From IMG/VR virus record IMGVR_UViG_3300030503_000396: a stretch of 64,000 bases of DNA; one strand, given 5' to 3'. Made by a program: the position numbers and the translations under genes. This document shows positions 49,673-58,880 of the stretch, piece after piece. Positions within the stretch are counted from its first letter, which is position 1. The number at the start of each line of letters is the position of its first letter. This DNA is from an uncultured virus (IMG/VR IMGVR_UViG_3300030503_000396). Its lineage: Duplodnaviria; Heunggongvirae; Uroviricota; Caudoviricetes. Under the pieces are notes generated by a model. The model was not told the origin of the DNA. It saw only the letters and a program-made list of their open reading frames with translations, and ran no database searches.

Positions 49673-49789
49673 ATGGCAAAGAAAAAAACAACAAAAGTCG
49701 CACAACCGAAAGAAAACCCACCTCCGAAATGTCCGCAGGGACAGGTATGGAGTCAATCATTACAGAAATGTGTTGATGACGTGGGCTGA
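49673..49789 (+). CDS. 38-aa peptide with a CPxGxxWxxxxxxC motif (not in track)
   Basis: MAKKKTTKVAQPKENPPPKCPQGQVWSQSLQKCVDDVG; start context AAAAAACATATC. Confidence 0.7.
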   Translation: MAKKKTTKVAQPKENPPPKCPQGQVWSQSLQKCVDDVG

Positions 49790-49793
49790 TAAT

Positions 49794-50162
49794 ATGAAAT
49801 GGGGTGTTTTAAGCCTACTTGCACTCTTGATTAATGTGGGGGTGTATGAAGTATATCTATACGAATTATTCTTTGGTACGTGGGAGATGAGGGTTATTAA
49901 GGGTCTATTCTACCTGACAACGGCAATCATTTTGTCATTCCTGACTTATTTTGATATATTTGGTTATAAATCATGCTCTCAATTTGAGATCAATACCATT
50001 TGTAAATTCTCTTTGATTATAAACTTTTTATTTTTTGCTCTAACACTATATGATATTTTGCCCAACCATAGATTATATTTATACACCTTTAACGGCACGA
50101 TATTGGTAGCATCAATAGCAATCTTATATTTTGGCGTTAAATATGAAACTTTCGAGGATTGA
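49794..50162 (+). CDS. Four-TM membrane protein
   Basis: Four hydrophobic segments. Confidence 0.65.
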   Translation: MKWGVLSLLALLINVGVYEVYLYELFFGTWEMRVIKGLFYLTTAIILSFLTYFDIFGYKSCSQFEINTICKFSLIINFLFFALTLYDILPNHRLYLYTFNGTILVASIAILYFGVKYETFED

Positions 50163-50166
50163 TACA

Positions 50167-50463
50167 ATGACAGATACACCACCTCCACTCTTTGATTGGT
50201 CTACGCTAATAGAGGTGTTTACACCGTGTATAACCATTTTGATAGCTTTTTTTAAGTATATTGATGTTTACTTTAAATCCAAAAAGGAGGAAAAGACGGA
50301 ATTTATAGAAAAGATTGCGGAGGCTTCTGTGAACAAAACTTTAGATAAGGTATTTGCAGATCAAAATAGCAAAATTAGCACGTTGTTTGAATATCGTGAG
50401 AGTGATAGAAAGCATTGGGATGATAGATTTGATGGGATTATGAATAAATTAGGAAAATTGTAG
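50167..50463 (+). CDS. Single-TM plus coiled-coil protein (holin/antiholin-like)
   Basis: N-terminal TM segment, charged C-terminus, lysis region. Confidence 0.5.
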   Translation: MTDTPPPLFDWSTLIEVFTPCITILIAFFKYIDVYFKSKKEEKTEFIEKIAEASVNKTLDKVFADQNSKISTLFEYRESDRKHWDDRFDGIMNKLGKL

Positions 50464-50619
50464 TAGGTCTTATACCATGAAACCAAAACACAACATCAGA
50501 ATTTTAATAGCAACGGGATATTTCTAACACATATAATCTCCAAAAATGATAGCTATAACTATAATTGTTTTAGTGTTATTATGCTCTGCCACACTATTTA
50601 TGAGTAACGGTAAAAAACC

Positions 50620-50817
50620 ATGAAATCACTTGTCAGACTGATTTTCATTACGATTTTAGTTTGGCTTGCCCTTGTGTTAGGCTTGCATTATTTGGCTGGG
50701 ATGAAAGATATTAAAACACGAAAATCGCACATTTGGATATATAAATATTTTCATAGAATTGGATTTAAAGAATATCTTTGTTTTATAAATTACGTAAAAA
50801 ATGAAAAAACCACTTAG
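50620..50817 (+). CDS. Small membrane protein
   Basis: N-terminal TM segment. Confidence 0.4.
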   Translation: MKSLVRLIFITILVWLALVLGLHYLAGMKDIKTRKSHIWIYKYFHRIGFKEYLCFINYVKNEKTT

Positions 50818-51400
50818 AATAATCTGCCAACTTATTGCTTGGCTTATGCTTATTATAAATGCTGAATGGTGTAATGGGCAGCAAGTCAAACACGTATATC
50901 CCGGCTTCACAACCTACTGGAACACAAAAACACTTATCCCTGATAGTGTGGTATATTTTGCTAAACCACATAAGAAAGTTGCACCCCGTTTGCCCTCATT
51001 CCACGTTGTTGGTAATATGGTTAACGAAGATAGGGATTATGCCAAATCGGGCTACGATCAAGGTCATTTATGTAACGCCTCGGACGAAAACGGGTCGGTA
51101 ACCGATGAATACAACTCATTCGGTCAAGACAATATATTCCCCCAAACACCACAAGACAACCGATTAACTTGGCTTGCTATTGAAAATTACGTAAGGCAAT
51201 TAGCTGTTAAATACGGTTCAGTAAAAGTTAAGATATATTGGCAAGGCATTGAGGGTTATATGGGAATTGATAGGGTAACAATACCTGCTAACTGCATTAA
51301 AGAAATTTGGTACTCAAATCATTATGAAAAATGGGTCGTGCCTAACACCACAACCGTTAATAGTAAACTTTTTACGACCTATGAGGTTGTTAAGAATTAG
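50801..51400 (+). CDS. DNA/RNA non-specific endonuclease (NucA-like) with signal peptide
   Basis: YAKSGYDQGHL, NIFPQ...NRLTWLAIENYVR. Confidence 0.88.
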   Translation: MKKPLRIICQLIAWLMLIINAEWCNGQQVKHVYPGFTTYWNTKTLIPDSVVYFAKPHKKVAPRLPSFHVVGNMVNEDRDYAKSGYDQGHLCNASDENGSVTDEYNSFGQDNIFPQTPQDNRLTWLAIENYVRQLAVKYGSVKVKIYWQGIEGYMGIDRVTIPANCIKEIWYSNHYEKWVVPNTTTVNSKLFTTYEVVKN

Positions 51401-51504
51401 CGAACATACGATATGACAACAATGGGGATATTTATAGTAAAGCTTGATTTCGGAACTATAACTATTAAAACGGGTAAATGAACCGTAAATTTAAGACATA
51501 AAAC

Positions 51505-51885
51505 ATGCAGGTCACAGTGAATAGGTTAACCCAAACCAAAGATGATACAATTAGTGCAGTTGAAATAAATGGTAGATTGAAATATTACGGCCTTGAAATT
51601 CTTAAATGTATTCCGCCCGGCACCTATCCCTTAACCCGTTATTTTTCACCTGATCATAACTTTTACGTACCACTTGTTAATAACGTTCCCGGTTTTGAGG
51701 GCATAGAATTACATATAGCAAACACCGTAAAAGATGTAAAAGGTTGTTTAGGATTAGCCGATAATATAGAAAGTTTAGAAGACATAACAAATTCATGGGT
51801 GGCTGTAACCGAATTTTATACGGCTTTTTTTGCTGATTGTGCCGATGGGATTGAAAGTACAATAACTTATGTAGATTTATTTTGA
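51505..51885 (+). CDS. DUF5675 family protein (putative endolysin)
   Basis: CIPPGTY...NVPGFEGIELHIAN...GCL. Confidence 0.75.
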   Translation: MQVTVNRLTQTKDDTISAVEINGRLKYYGLEILKCIPPGTYPLTRYFSPDHNFYVPLVNNVPGFEGIELHIANTVKDVKGCLGLADNIESLEDITNSWVAVTEFYTAFFADCADGIESTITYVDLF

Positions 51886-51908
51886 ACAGAAAATTTAGAA
51901 ATAAACTT

Positions 51909-52457
51909 ATGGCAAACTTTAACGAAGCGCAGGCAATAACAGGTAAAACTGAATATGGGTATAATCCGGGTATTGGAGAAGCGCAAACAATAAATGGGGT
52001 TGACAGGTCGCAAAATCCTAAATGGCAGGGATGGACTATTGTTGACAATATATTGAATAGATGCCCACAATTAACGCCACATCAATTAAATCTTATTTTT
52101 GATGCCGATACCGAACTACAAAACATGATACTATCTTTCTTTAAGGTAAATTACTGGGATGTTTTATCACTGGACGAGGTGAACGATCAACAAGTCGCCA
52201 ACACATGCTACGATTGTTCAATTAATCAAGGATCAGGAATTGCAGCACGTTTTATGCAGATTGCTTGTAACGCATTGCATGTACCTGTAATTGTAGATGG
52301 ACAAATAGGCAGTAAAACACTTGCGGCCATTAACTCAATCAATCCTGTGGCTTATTACGACGAAATAAATACTTTACGTGAAGCGAGGTATAAAGCAAGT
52401 AACAATAAAGAATGGATTGCTGATTGGCTCTCCCGCCTCACTCCCTATATTTCCTAA
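51909..52457 (+). CDS. GH108-family endolysin
   Basis: MANFNEA..., FFKVNYWD, DCSINQG, VDGQIGSKTLAAIN, WLSR. Confidence 0.82.
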   Translation: MANFNEAQAITGKTEYGYNPGIGEAQTINGVDRSQNPKWQGWTIVDNILNRCPQLTPHQLNLIFDADTELQNMILSFFKVNYWDVLSLDEVNDQQVANTCYDCSINQGSGIAARFMQIACNALHVPVIVDGQIGSKTLAAINSINPVAYYDEINTLREARYKASNNKEWIADWLSRLTPYIS

Positions 52458-52489
52458 AAAAGCCGGAATATCCGAAGATAGACCGGCTA
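52456..52489 (-). terminator. Intrinsic terminator between convergent genes
   Basis: Minus strand AGCCGG-UAUCUUCGGAUA-CCGGCUUUUUU. Confidence 0.75.
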
Positions 52490-52514
52490 AGAACCGAAAG
52501 GCACAACCACGAGC

Positions 52515-53153
52515 CTAATCGGTGGTTTCTTTTGGCTTACCTATCAATCCCATCAACTCATCACACAATAATTCAGGCATTTTGCTGCGTTCGTAACTGC
52601 CTTTTTTACCTTGTGTGCCTGTTTTGCTTCCTCTTGGAGCCGGTTGGTGGTGACAGCCCTTATTTCCATTATGGCAAACAGGCTTTGGTGTCCAGTCTAA
52701 ATTAGTCCATATATCGGTCGGCTTTGCCCTATCATCTCCGTATTGGCAATACCAAATTGTATACCGAGGCAATGGCAACATGAATGGCATTTTACGAAGC
52801 ATACCACGAGGATTTTCAATTGTGAACGTTATATTAGGATTTAGCTTTTGGTAATATTCAATTAGTTTTAACACATTTTGATTAACTCTATCACATTTTT
52901 TAGCATAATCACTTTTAGGTTCTATGTCATTCCTATGTGTGCTTATTGCTGCTATGGTATAGGTGGTGCAATCAAACGAGGCGTGGATATGGTCAGGAAC
53001 AAATTTTATTAGATCTGGAGTTAAATATTCAATATCTATTTCCATATTAATATCTTCGTATGCAGTCCAATCTACGCTAAATACTTCGTGACCTAATTTT
53101 TCGGCTGCTTTACCAATACACCGAGAACCGGCGAATAATTCTAATACTTTCAT
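52515..53153 (-). CDS. Short C5-cytosine DNA methyltransferase-like protein
   Basis: VLELFAG (motif I), ASFDCTTY (motif IV), IENP (motif VI), YCQYG..RAKPTDIW. Confidence 0.75.
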   Translation of the reverse strand: MKVLELFAGSRCIGKAAEKLGHEVFSVDWTAYEDINMEIDIEYLTPDLIKFVPDHIHASFDCTTYTIAAISTHRNDIEPKSDYAKKCDRVNQNVLKLIEYYQKLNPNITFTIENPRGMLRKMPFMLPLPRYTIWYCQYGDDRAKPTDIWTNLDWTPKPVCHNGNKGCHHQPAPRGSKTGTQGKKGSYERSKMPELLCDELMGLIGKPKETTD

Positions 53154-53198
53154 TTTTGTGGTTGTTTTAAACCCCTAATCTACAAAATCCTTTTCAAA

Positions 53199-53231
53199 TT
53201 TGCAAATGTGGGGGGATGGGTGGTATATTTG
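53199..53231 (+). promoter_or_regulatory. Bacteroidota primary-sigma promoter
   Basis: TTTG(53199)-N21-TATATTTG(53224). Confidence 0.7.
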
Positions 53232-53235
53232 CAAC

Positions 53236-53386
53236 AAGCATGGGTGCTGAAACGGGGCTATGTATTACGGTACACCTTTTAGTAGGCACTTAGCACCACA
53301 CACACACACCAAAGCAACGGCGGCTAAACCGTAAAGGCTGTGTAAATTAGCGGTTATGGGTACTTGGCGTACACGACCGCTTTTTT
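53236..53386 (+). ncRNA. Candidate small RNA of about 150 nt with a (CA)6 tract
   Basis: Own promoter, GGUGCUGA/UUAGCACC stem, terminator AGCGGU/ACCGCU plus U tract. Confidence 0.55.
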
Positions 53387-53414
53387 ATTTCGGGATAATT
53401 TTGTAGGTTTGGGG

Positions 53415-53717
53415 ATGAAACAATCATGGCTTGCAGATAACATTAAGAGCGTTACAGGGCTTATAATAATTATAGGTGTAATTGTTTACCTTTTTATGGT
53501 AACGTTAATCACAACCGATACAACGGTTCATAGCCAGGCTTTAATAGCCATGGTATCTTTGGGAACTGCGGTTGTATCATACTACTATGGTTACTCTCAA
53601 GGCGCAAGTAAAAAAGACGATGCAGCAGCCAATTTAGCGGCAAACAGCCAAACCACAACAACCGCCACCACGGTTACGCCTGTTAACCAGCCTACTGATA
53701 ATGCGCCGACGGCTTAG
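53415..53717 (+). CDS. Two-TM holin-like protein
   Basis: Two TM segments followed by VVSYYYGYSQGASKKD. Confidence 0.7.
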   Translation: MKQSWLADNIKSVTGLIIIIGVIVYLFMVTLITTDTTVHSQALIAMVSLGTAVVSYYYGYSQGASKKDDAAANLAANSQTTTTATTVTPVNQPTDNAPTA

Positions 53718-53721
53718 TGAG

Positions 53722-54348
53722 TTAAGGCATAGTACCGAGGGTAGCTATTTCAATGGCTATTTTATTGGCGTTCTTAATTTTACGCTGTAACTTAACCAAT
53801 TCATCTGGGCTAACTTCCATTAATCGGTAATTAAGGAATTGTATATAGCTATGTAGCATCAAGCCGCCTTTTTCTTGGTTACATTCAAAGCAACAAGGTT
53901 TTATTATTTTACCGCCCTTACTTTTTGGTATAACATGCTCACGTGTTTTATGGGTAGGGTCTTTGATATGATTATACGTTAATTGCACCTCGCAATAACA
54001 ACAGCGCCCATAGTCTTTTTGGTAATTTACTTTTTTAGGGGCTATATAAGCAACCGATAATTTAGACTTTATCTCTTTTATTTCATTATTAATCGCTATT
54101 TTATGAACCGCCCTATTTGGCCTGCCTATACCTAAAAACTCAACATCATGGTGCATTTTAAGTATGGCTAAATCCTGCGATGCTTTGAAGTACCACTTCT
54201 CTCCGTCAACTAAATATACAAACCATTCATCTAATTCAACTGGCTGCGTTTTGCTAAATAGCTTATTTCGCCTATCCTCATTGCGCTGGGCTTTGTTTTT
54301 AGGTTTGAAAGCAGGTATATTGTCAAAAAGTCTTTCTATATCGCTCAT
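53722..54348 (-). CDS. HNH endonuclease
   Basis: CCYC...TREHVIPKSKGG...PCCFECNQEKG. Confidence 0.88.
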   Translation of the reverse strand: MSDIERLFDNIPAFKPKNKAQRNEDRRNKLFSKTQPVELDEWFVYLVDGEKWYFKASQDLAILKMHHDVEFLGIGRPNRAVHKIAINNEIKEIKSKLSVAYIAPKKVNYQKDYGRCCYCEVQLTYNHIKDPTHKTREHVIPKSKGGKIIKPCCFECNQEKGGLMLHSYIQFLNYRLMEVSPDELVKLQRKIKNANKIAIEIATLGTMP

Positions 54349-54667
54349 AGTTTAGTTTTTTCTTTAAAAAGCCGCCCCTTTCGGAACGGCTTAAAAAGTG
54401 TGAGGGTAAGGGTCTCAATAAACAGCGCCAAGTACAATGCCGCTTATAGGCTTTAAATGGATTTCCGCCCATCCTGTTTACCCATCCATAAAATAACGCA
54501 TCCTTACATGCTGCACTCGCTGAATTGCTTCGTGGCTGTACCATTTTACTTTCGGCACTTTTGTTTTTTAAAAAAGGGCATCCATCGCAGACTTTACTGC
54601 CAAAACGTTTTAACTTACCATTGTATGGTATATGGATGCCTTTTTATCTTACTTCGCCAATATCGGC

Positions 54668-55147
54668 TTAACCCGCAGAAAACAACGGTTTAACCAAATC
54701 CAAATAAACGTATTTTACCACGTTCATGGCGATAGTTATTTCATTGCCGCCATTTAATATGGTTGCGGCTATACTTGCACCTGCGTTGCATATATCAGCC
54801 CAATAACCGCCTAAGCCGCCTAAATATCCTTGCAAGGCAGTTAATAAAGCCGTGCCGCTCGATGTGTCTGCAATGGCTATATTAAAGGCTTTGGCAAGCC
54901 CCGCCATTACACTGATAACATCTGCTTCATTTATGCCAAACTTTGCTGTAATGGCAGCTAATACGGTTGCATAGGGGCCAGTTAGGTCTGCATTAATTGT
55001 GGCAAGTATGCCCGAGCCGTTTTTTAATGCCGCCTGTACTTCGGGGCTAAGTTTTTTGTAGGCTGCTTCTGCCTTGTTAAAAATTGATGTTACATCTTCT
55101 GCCAGTTCTTTAGGCAGGTCTTCGATGAATGTTAGTACGTTGCTCAT
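54668..55147 (-). CDS. Ala-rich amphipathic hypothetical protein
   Basis: ORF with an A-rich start context. Confidence 0.65.
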   Translation of the reverse strand: MSNVLTFIEDLPKELAEDVTSIFNKAEAAYKKLSPEVQAALKNGSGILATINADLTGPYATVLAAITAKFGINEADVISVMAGLAKAFNIAIADTSSGTALLTALQGYLGGLGGYWADICNAGASIAATILNGGNEITIAMNVVKYVYLDLVKPLFSAG

Positions 55148-55182
55148 TTTATTTTTAACGGCTACCTATACGCCGATGGGTG

Positions 55183-55389
55183 TTAGTTAATGTAAATTGT
55201 TTTGATAGCTTTTGGTAATGTTTGAATTAGCTTATAAGCTTCTTGCCTATCTGCTCGTTTTTGTGATTGTTTTTTAACTTTATCGTTCTTGCCTTCGGTT
55301 TCTTTTAGCAATGATAATATAGTTATTTCAATTCCACTCGGTATTCTGCCTGCTTTGGTTAATCGCCCTGTATAATGCGCAACTTTCAT
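55183..55389 (-). CDS. Hypothetical basic protein
   Basis: ORF. Confidence 0.45.
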   Translation of the reverse strand: MKVAHYTGRLTKAGRIPSGIEITILSLLKETEGKNDKVKKQSQKRADRQEAYKLIQTLPKAIKTIYIN

Positions 55390-55753
55390 ATTCTTTATAA
55401 CCGCATTTTCAGGCGGTCGGCTGTTTTTATGTAAAGTTAAATATTTATTTAATGATTTGTAACCGCCCTTATGCTATCAACCCTAATCACACTATCCAAA
55501 CTCTTTTCAAAGCGGTCGGTTACAGGTTGTATCGGCTGATATTTCGGATGATACTGTAACCATACCGCTAAACAGCATATTAGGATTGCCATTAGGATCA
55601 AGGCGTTTTTGTTGGTGAAGATGCGGGAATTGTTCATTTGATTAATATGGTTAGTAAAGCAAACAGATTTAATATTGCTAAAATAAAGGATAAAAAAAAT
55701 AAAAATGATTTTAACAGCTACTGTTAATAAACGGTCTAAAGTGGTAAAATGGT

Positions 55754-55951
55754 TCATATCAATTGGTTTAATTCGTTTAACAATATCTTGGCTTGTAAGA
55801 GGCACCGACTAATTGGTATATATCCTTCTGTTTCTTCGTTTTCAGTATATGCTTCATCAATCAGTGCAATCACCGAACTTACCCTATCATTCAAAGTCGG
55901 CACCTTGGCTTTTACTATTTCGCCGTTTATTAGTTTGGAACCTTTTTTCAT
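55754..55951 (-). CDS. Hypothetical protein
   Basis: Leftward operon. Confidence 0.5.
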   Translation of the reverse strand: MKKGSKLINGEIVKAKVPTLNDRVSSVIALIDEAYTENEETEGYIPISRCLLQAKILLNELNQLI

Positions 55952-56205
55952 TTTATTGTATCAGGTAAAATTAAAGTTGTTCCATCAATATATAATACTG
56001 CACCATCTTTGGATGGTAGTGTTAAATCATGCGTGTAGGTTACGCTTCATGGTTTAATTCTTTTAAAGTTGGTAAATAGCCGAATTGTATTCTTACAAAT
56101 GGAAGTATAATGTTGTGAGTGTAACCACCGGGTATAACCTCGTAAACATCTTTCCAGTAACCTATCCCGATTATTGGAGCTAATTTTATGTGAAATGTTT
56201 TCATT

Positions 56206-56448
56206 TTAAGCGTTCTCCTCCATTTGTTTTACAAAGGCTTCGTATTCATCATCGGTTAATTGTAATAACGTAATAGATATGCGAGGTCTGCCATATTCAG
56301 GCTCAAAGTTCGGCTCGAAATGCCCCCATTCATCCTCGATAGCCTCTAATTGGCTTTTAATATCGCTAAACTCACAAATAGTCCACGTGTATTCTAAAGC
56401 GCAATTGATAAACTTTATTCGGGTGTAGTTTTTGGTTTCTTCGCTCAT
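56206..56448 (-). CDS. Hypothetical protein
   Basis: Leftward operon. Confidence 0.55.
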   Translation of the reverse strand: MSEETKNYTRIKFINCALEYTWTICEFSDIKSQLEAIEDEWGHFEPNFEPEYGRPRISITLLQLTDDEYEAFVKQMEENA

Positions 56449-56705
56449 ATCTTTAATTTTAAAATGGATTGTTTGTCGACCTGTATATTATCAGCACCCG
56501 ATTGATGGTGTTTAGTTGGGTAATTATTCTTGGTGTATCCGTCATGGTAGACCATTGTTGCGCTCTCCGCAGCATCTTCAATAGCCCTGTTGTATGCAAG
56601 TTGCATGGCTGTGATAATCTCATCATGTGTGTAAGAACGGATACTTTTATAACCTAACCTATCCTCCAACAACTTTTCTATTTTCTCTTTCGGTGTCATA
56701 ATCAA
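56445..56705 (-). CDS. Hypothetical protein
   Basis: AIEDAAESA...VDKQSILKL pattern. Confidence 0.6.
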   Translation of the reverse strand: MIMTPKEKIEKLLEDRLGYKSIRSYTHDEIITAMQLAYNRAIEDAAESATMVYHDGYTKNNYPTKHHQSGADNIQVDKQSILKLKI

Positions 56706-56909
56706 ATTAGATCGGTGGTATCAGGGTGTTCAATACATAATTCATGTCCAAACATTTGCATAGACTCAAAATGGTTTAATCGGTTAATTTTAATGGCACA
56801 ATCGGGGCAGTACCATTTACGGGTAGAAAAGTTATAATAACTCCTACTGGTTTTTGACAATCAGTTCGGTTGCAATTACCGTCCTTTTGCCCTTTAAGTT
56901 TTTTCGCTG

Positions 56910-57116
56910 TCATAATTGTTTGATTTGTGTTAGTAAGTCCGTTAAGTCCGATGCCAAAACTAATACGTGAGTTCTGTCTATGGTTGATTGCACTGCTTTT
57001 AGCACATTCTCAATCGTTTCTGCTTTTGTTTGGTCGCAAGCCTCGGCAACTTCATTTTTCGTAAACAGGGTTATTTTACCATGTTCAACTATACCTATGC
57101 GTTCTAAACCTTTCAT
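56910..57116 (-). CDS. Hypothetical protein
   Basis: Leftward operon. Confidence 0.5.
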   Translation of the reverse strand: MKGLERIGIVEHGKITLFTKNEVAEACDQTKAETIENVLKAVQSTIDRTHVLVLASDLTDLLTQIKQL

Positions 57117-57484
57117 ACTTTATTTTTTAAATATGTTGTTGGGTTGTGAGGCTCGAAATAATTGGAACAATAAATATTTGCCTCTCTTTCAACCGTGTCT
57201 TGATTTACCTTTTCTATTATCGCCAAAACTTCATCATCCGTATAGAGCCTTTTAGCCGCTTCGTTATAGCCTGAAAAATGCTCTTCCATTGCATTGTAAA
57301 TGCTATCGGTAACACCATTATCTTTTTGCCATTCATGGAATGTTCTATCAGGATTTGTTCTACCAGTATGAAATGCACCGAACAACGTATTGTCAATTAT
57401 ATTCCAATATGCTTGTTTTTCTTCCGCCTTTTTCTGTGTTTCCATGTTGGGGTTATTTGGTTTTACGGGCGATGTACTTGTCAA
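57113..57484 (-). CDS. Hypothetical protein
   Basis: Start probably METQKK. Confidence 0.55.
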   Translation of the reverse strand: MTSTSPVKPNNPNMETQKKAEEKQAYWNIIDNTLFGAFHTGRTNPDRTFHEWQKDNGVTDSIYNAMEEHFSGYNEAAKRLYTDDEVLAIIEKVNQDTVEREANIYCSNYFEPHNPTTYLKNKV

Positions 57485-57623
57485 TTTCAGCCTCGGCTAT
57501 TTTAGTCATAGGCATACGGTCGGCTTTGCATAGTTTGTTAAATTCATCATATTTAGCACTTGTCATATAAACAGGTAGCGATACAATATCAGTTGGTAAT
57601 TTTTCTTTTTTGTTCTTTGCCAT
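57453..57623 (-). CDS. Ribbon-helix-helix-like regulator
   Basis: SLPVYMTSAKYDEFNKLCKADRMPMTKIAEAEI. Confidence 0.55.
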   Translation of the reverse strand: MAKNKKEKLPTDIVSLPVYMTSAKYDEFNKLCKADRMPMTKIAEAEIDKYIARKTK

Positions 57624-57691
57624 AGTATTATCTTTTACCACCAAAGGCTATCCGAAGATAGCCAATAGTAGAAAGAATAGAGTAGTCAAAA

Positions 57692-58702
57692 CTATTCAGT
57701 TTCTTTTGCCTTACCGTCAACCAACTTGTAATACGTATCAGCTTTTATTTTTTTGCCATCAACCTTAAAGGCTTTAACATCTATAGGTTTCCATAATTCG
57801 TAACCTTTGTTATCGTCTACGTATTCAGCTAAAACAATAAAAGATCCTAAAGATGCTTTTGCTTTTCCGTTAGCGTTTAACGCTGCGGAAATACAACCCT
57901 CGCCCGATGTTGCGCTGTTTGCACCGTAGCCTGATGTTGCGCTGTTTGCACGGTCGCCCGATGTTGCGCTGTTTGCATATCTGCCCGATGTTGCGCTGTT
58001 TGCACCGTAGCCTGATGTTGCGCTGTTTGCACCGTAGCCCGATGTTGCGCTGTTTGCACCGTAGCCCGATGTTGCGCTGTTTGCACTGTAGCCCGATGTT
58101 GCGCTGTTTGCATATCTGCCCGATGTTGCGCTGTTTGCACTGTAGCCCGATGTTGCGCTGTTTGCATATCTGCCCGATGTTGCGCTGTTTGCACCGTAGC
58201 CTGATGTTGCGCTGTTTGCACGGTCGCCCGATGTTGCGCTGTTTGCACCGTAGCCTGATGTTGCGCTGTTTGCACCGTAGCCCGATGTTGCGCTGTTTGC
58301 ACCGTAGCCTGATGTTGCGCTGGAATTTTCTGTTACTTCTTTAGCTTTAGAAAAAATGAACTTAACAGCACCATTAATTAATGATGACATACTAACTTCT
58401 AATCCTATTTCTATTTTAGAGGTGGCAACCTTACTATCATCTGTATGATAGGAGAATTTATCTTTACCAATTACTTCGGTAAACCTGTTACCATTAGTTG
58501 GCGCATAATAATTAAACACATCTAACGGATTTTCACAATAATGAAACCCATTATTACAAGTCGATGGCTCACCTTGTTCCTCGAATTCTTTGCCTATTTC
58601 ATATTGAAAATTACGGCACTTTAAATCTTTGTCAAAGCCTTTATACCCTTTGACTGTTTTTTCTTCTTTTGCTTGATCTGCAACTTCTTTTTCTTTTTTC
58701 AT
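57692..58702 (-). CDS. Phage protein with a YKGF..CRNFQYEIG N-domain and a 9-aa solenoid repeat
   Basis: GYKGFDKDLKCRNFQYEIG, GFHYCENPLDV, (ANSATSGxx)n, VDGKKIKADTYYKL. Confidence 0.85.
   Translation of the reverse strand: MKKEKEVADQAKEEKTVKGYKGFDKDLKCRNFQYEIGKEFEEQGEPSTCNNGFHYCENPLDVFNYYAPTNGNRFTEVIGKDKFSYHTDDSKVATSKIEIGLEVSMSSLINGAVKFIFSKAKEVTENSSATSGYGANSATSGYGANSATSGYGANSATSGDRANSATSGYGANSATSGRYANSATSGYSANSATSGRYANSATSGYSANSATSGYGANSATSGYGANSATSGYGANSATSGRYANSATSGDRANSATSGYGANSATSGEGCISAALNANGKAKASLGSFIVLAEYVDDNKGYELWKPIDVKAFKVDGKKIKADTYYKLVDGKAKETE
57902..58321 (-). repeat. 27-bp coding tandem repeat, about 15.5 copies
   Basis: GCAAACAGCGCAACATCRGGC-N6 on the minus strand. Confidence 0.97.
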
Positions 58703-58880
58703 TTTGTTTGACTACTTTTTAATTTGTTAAAAATAAGCAGGTATTTGAACTCGCTTCGCATACCTGCTTTAACCTAAACCTTATCACAATGTAGCGGTTG
58801 CTACGTACCACCTAATCCCCGCTATGTTGTAGCGGGGTAGCAGACCCTGAAACGTTTATCAAGGCAAATCAGAGTGTTTT

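Noticed and set aside
57877..58344. Alternate-frame ORFs (QTAQHR and MLRCLH repeats) and CRISPR-like appearance
   Set aside because: By-products of a stop-free 27-bp coding repeat; there are no unique spacers
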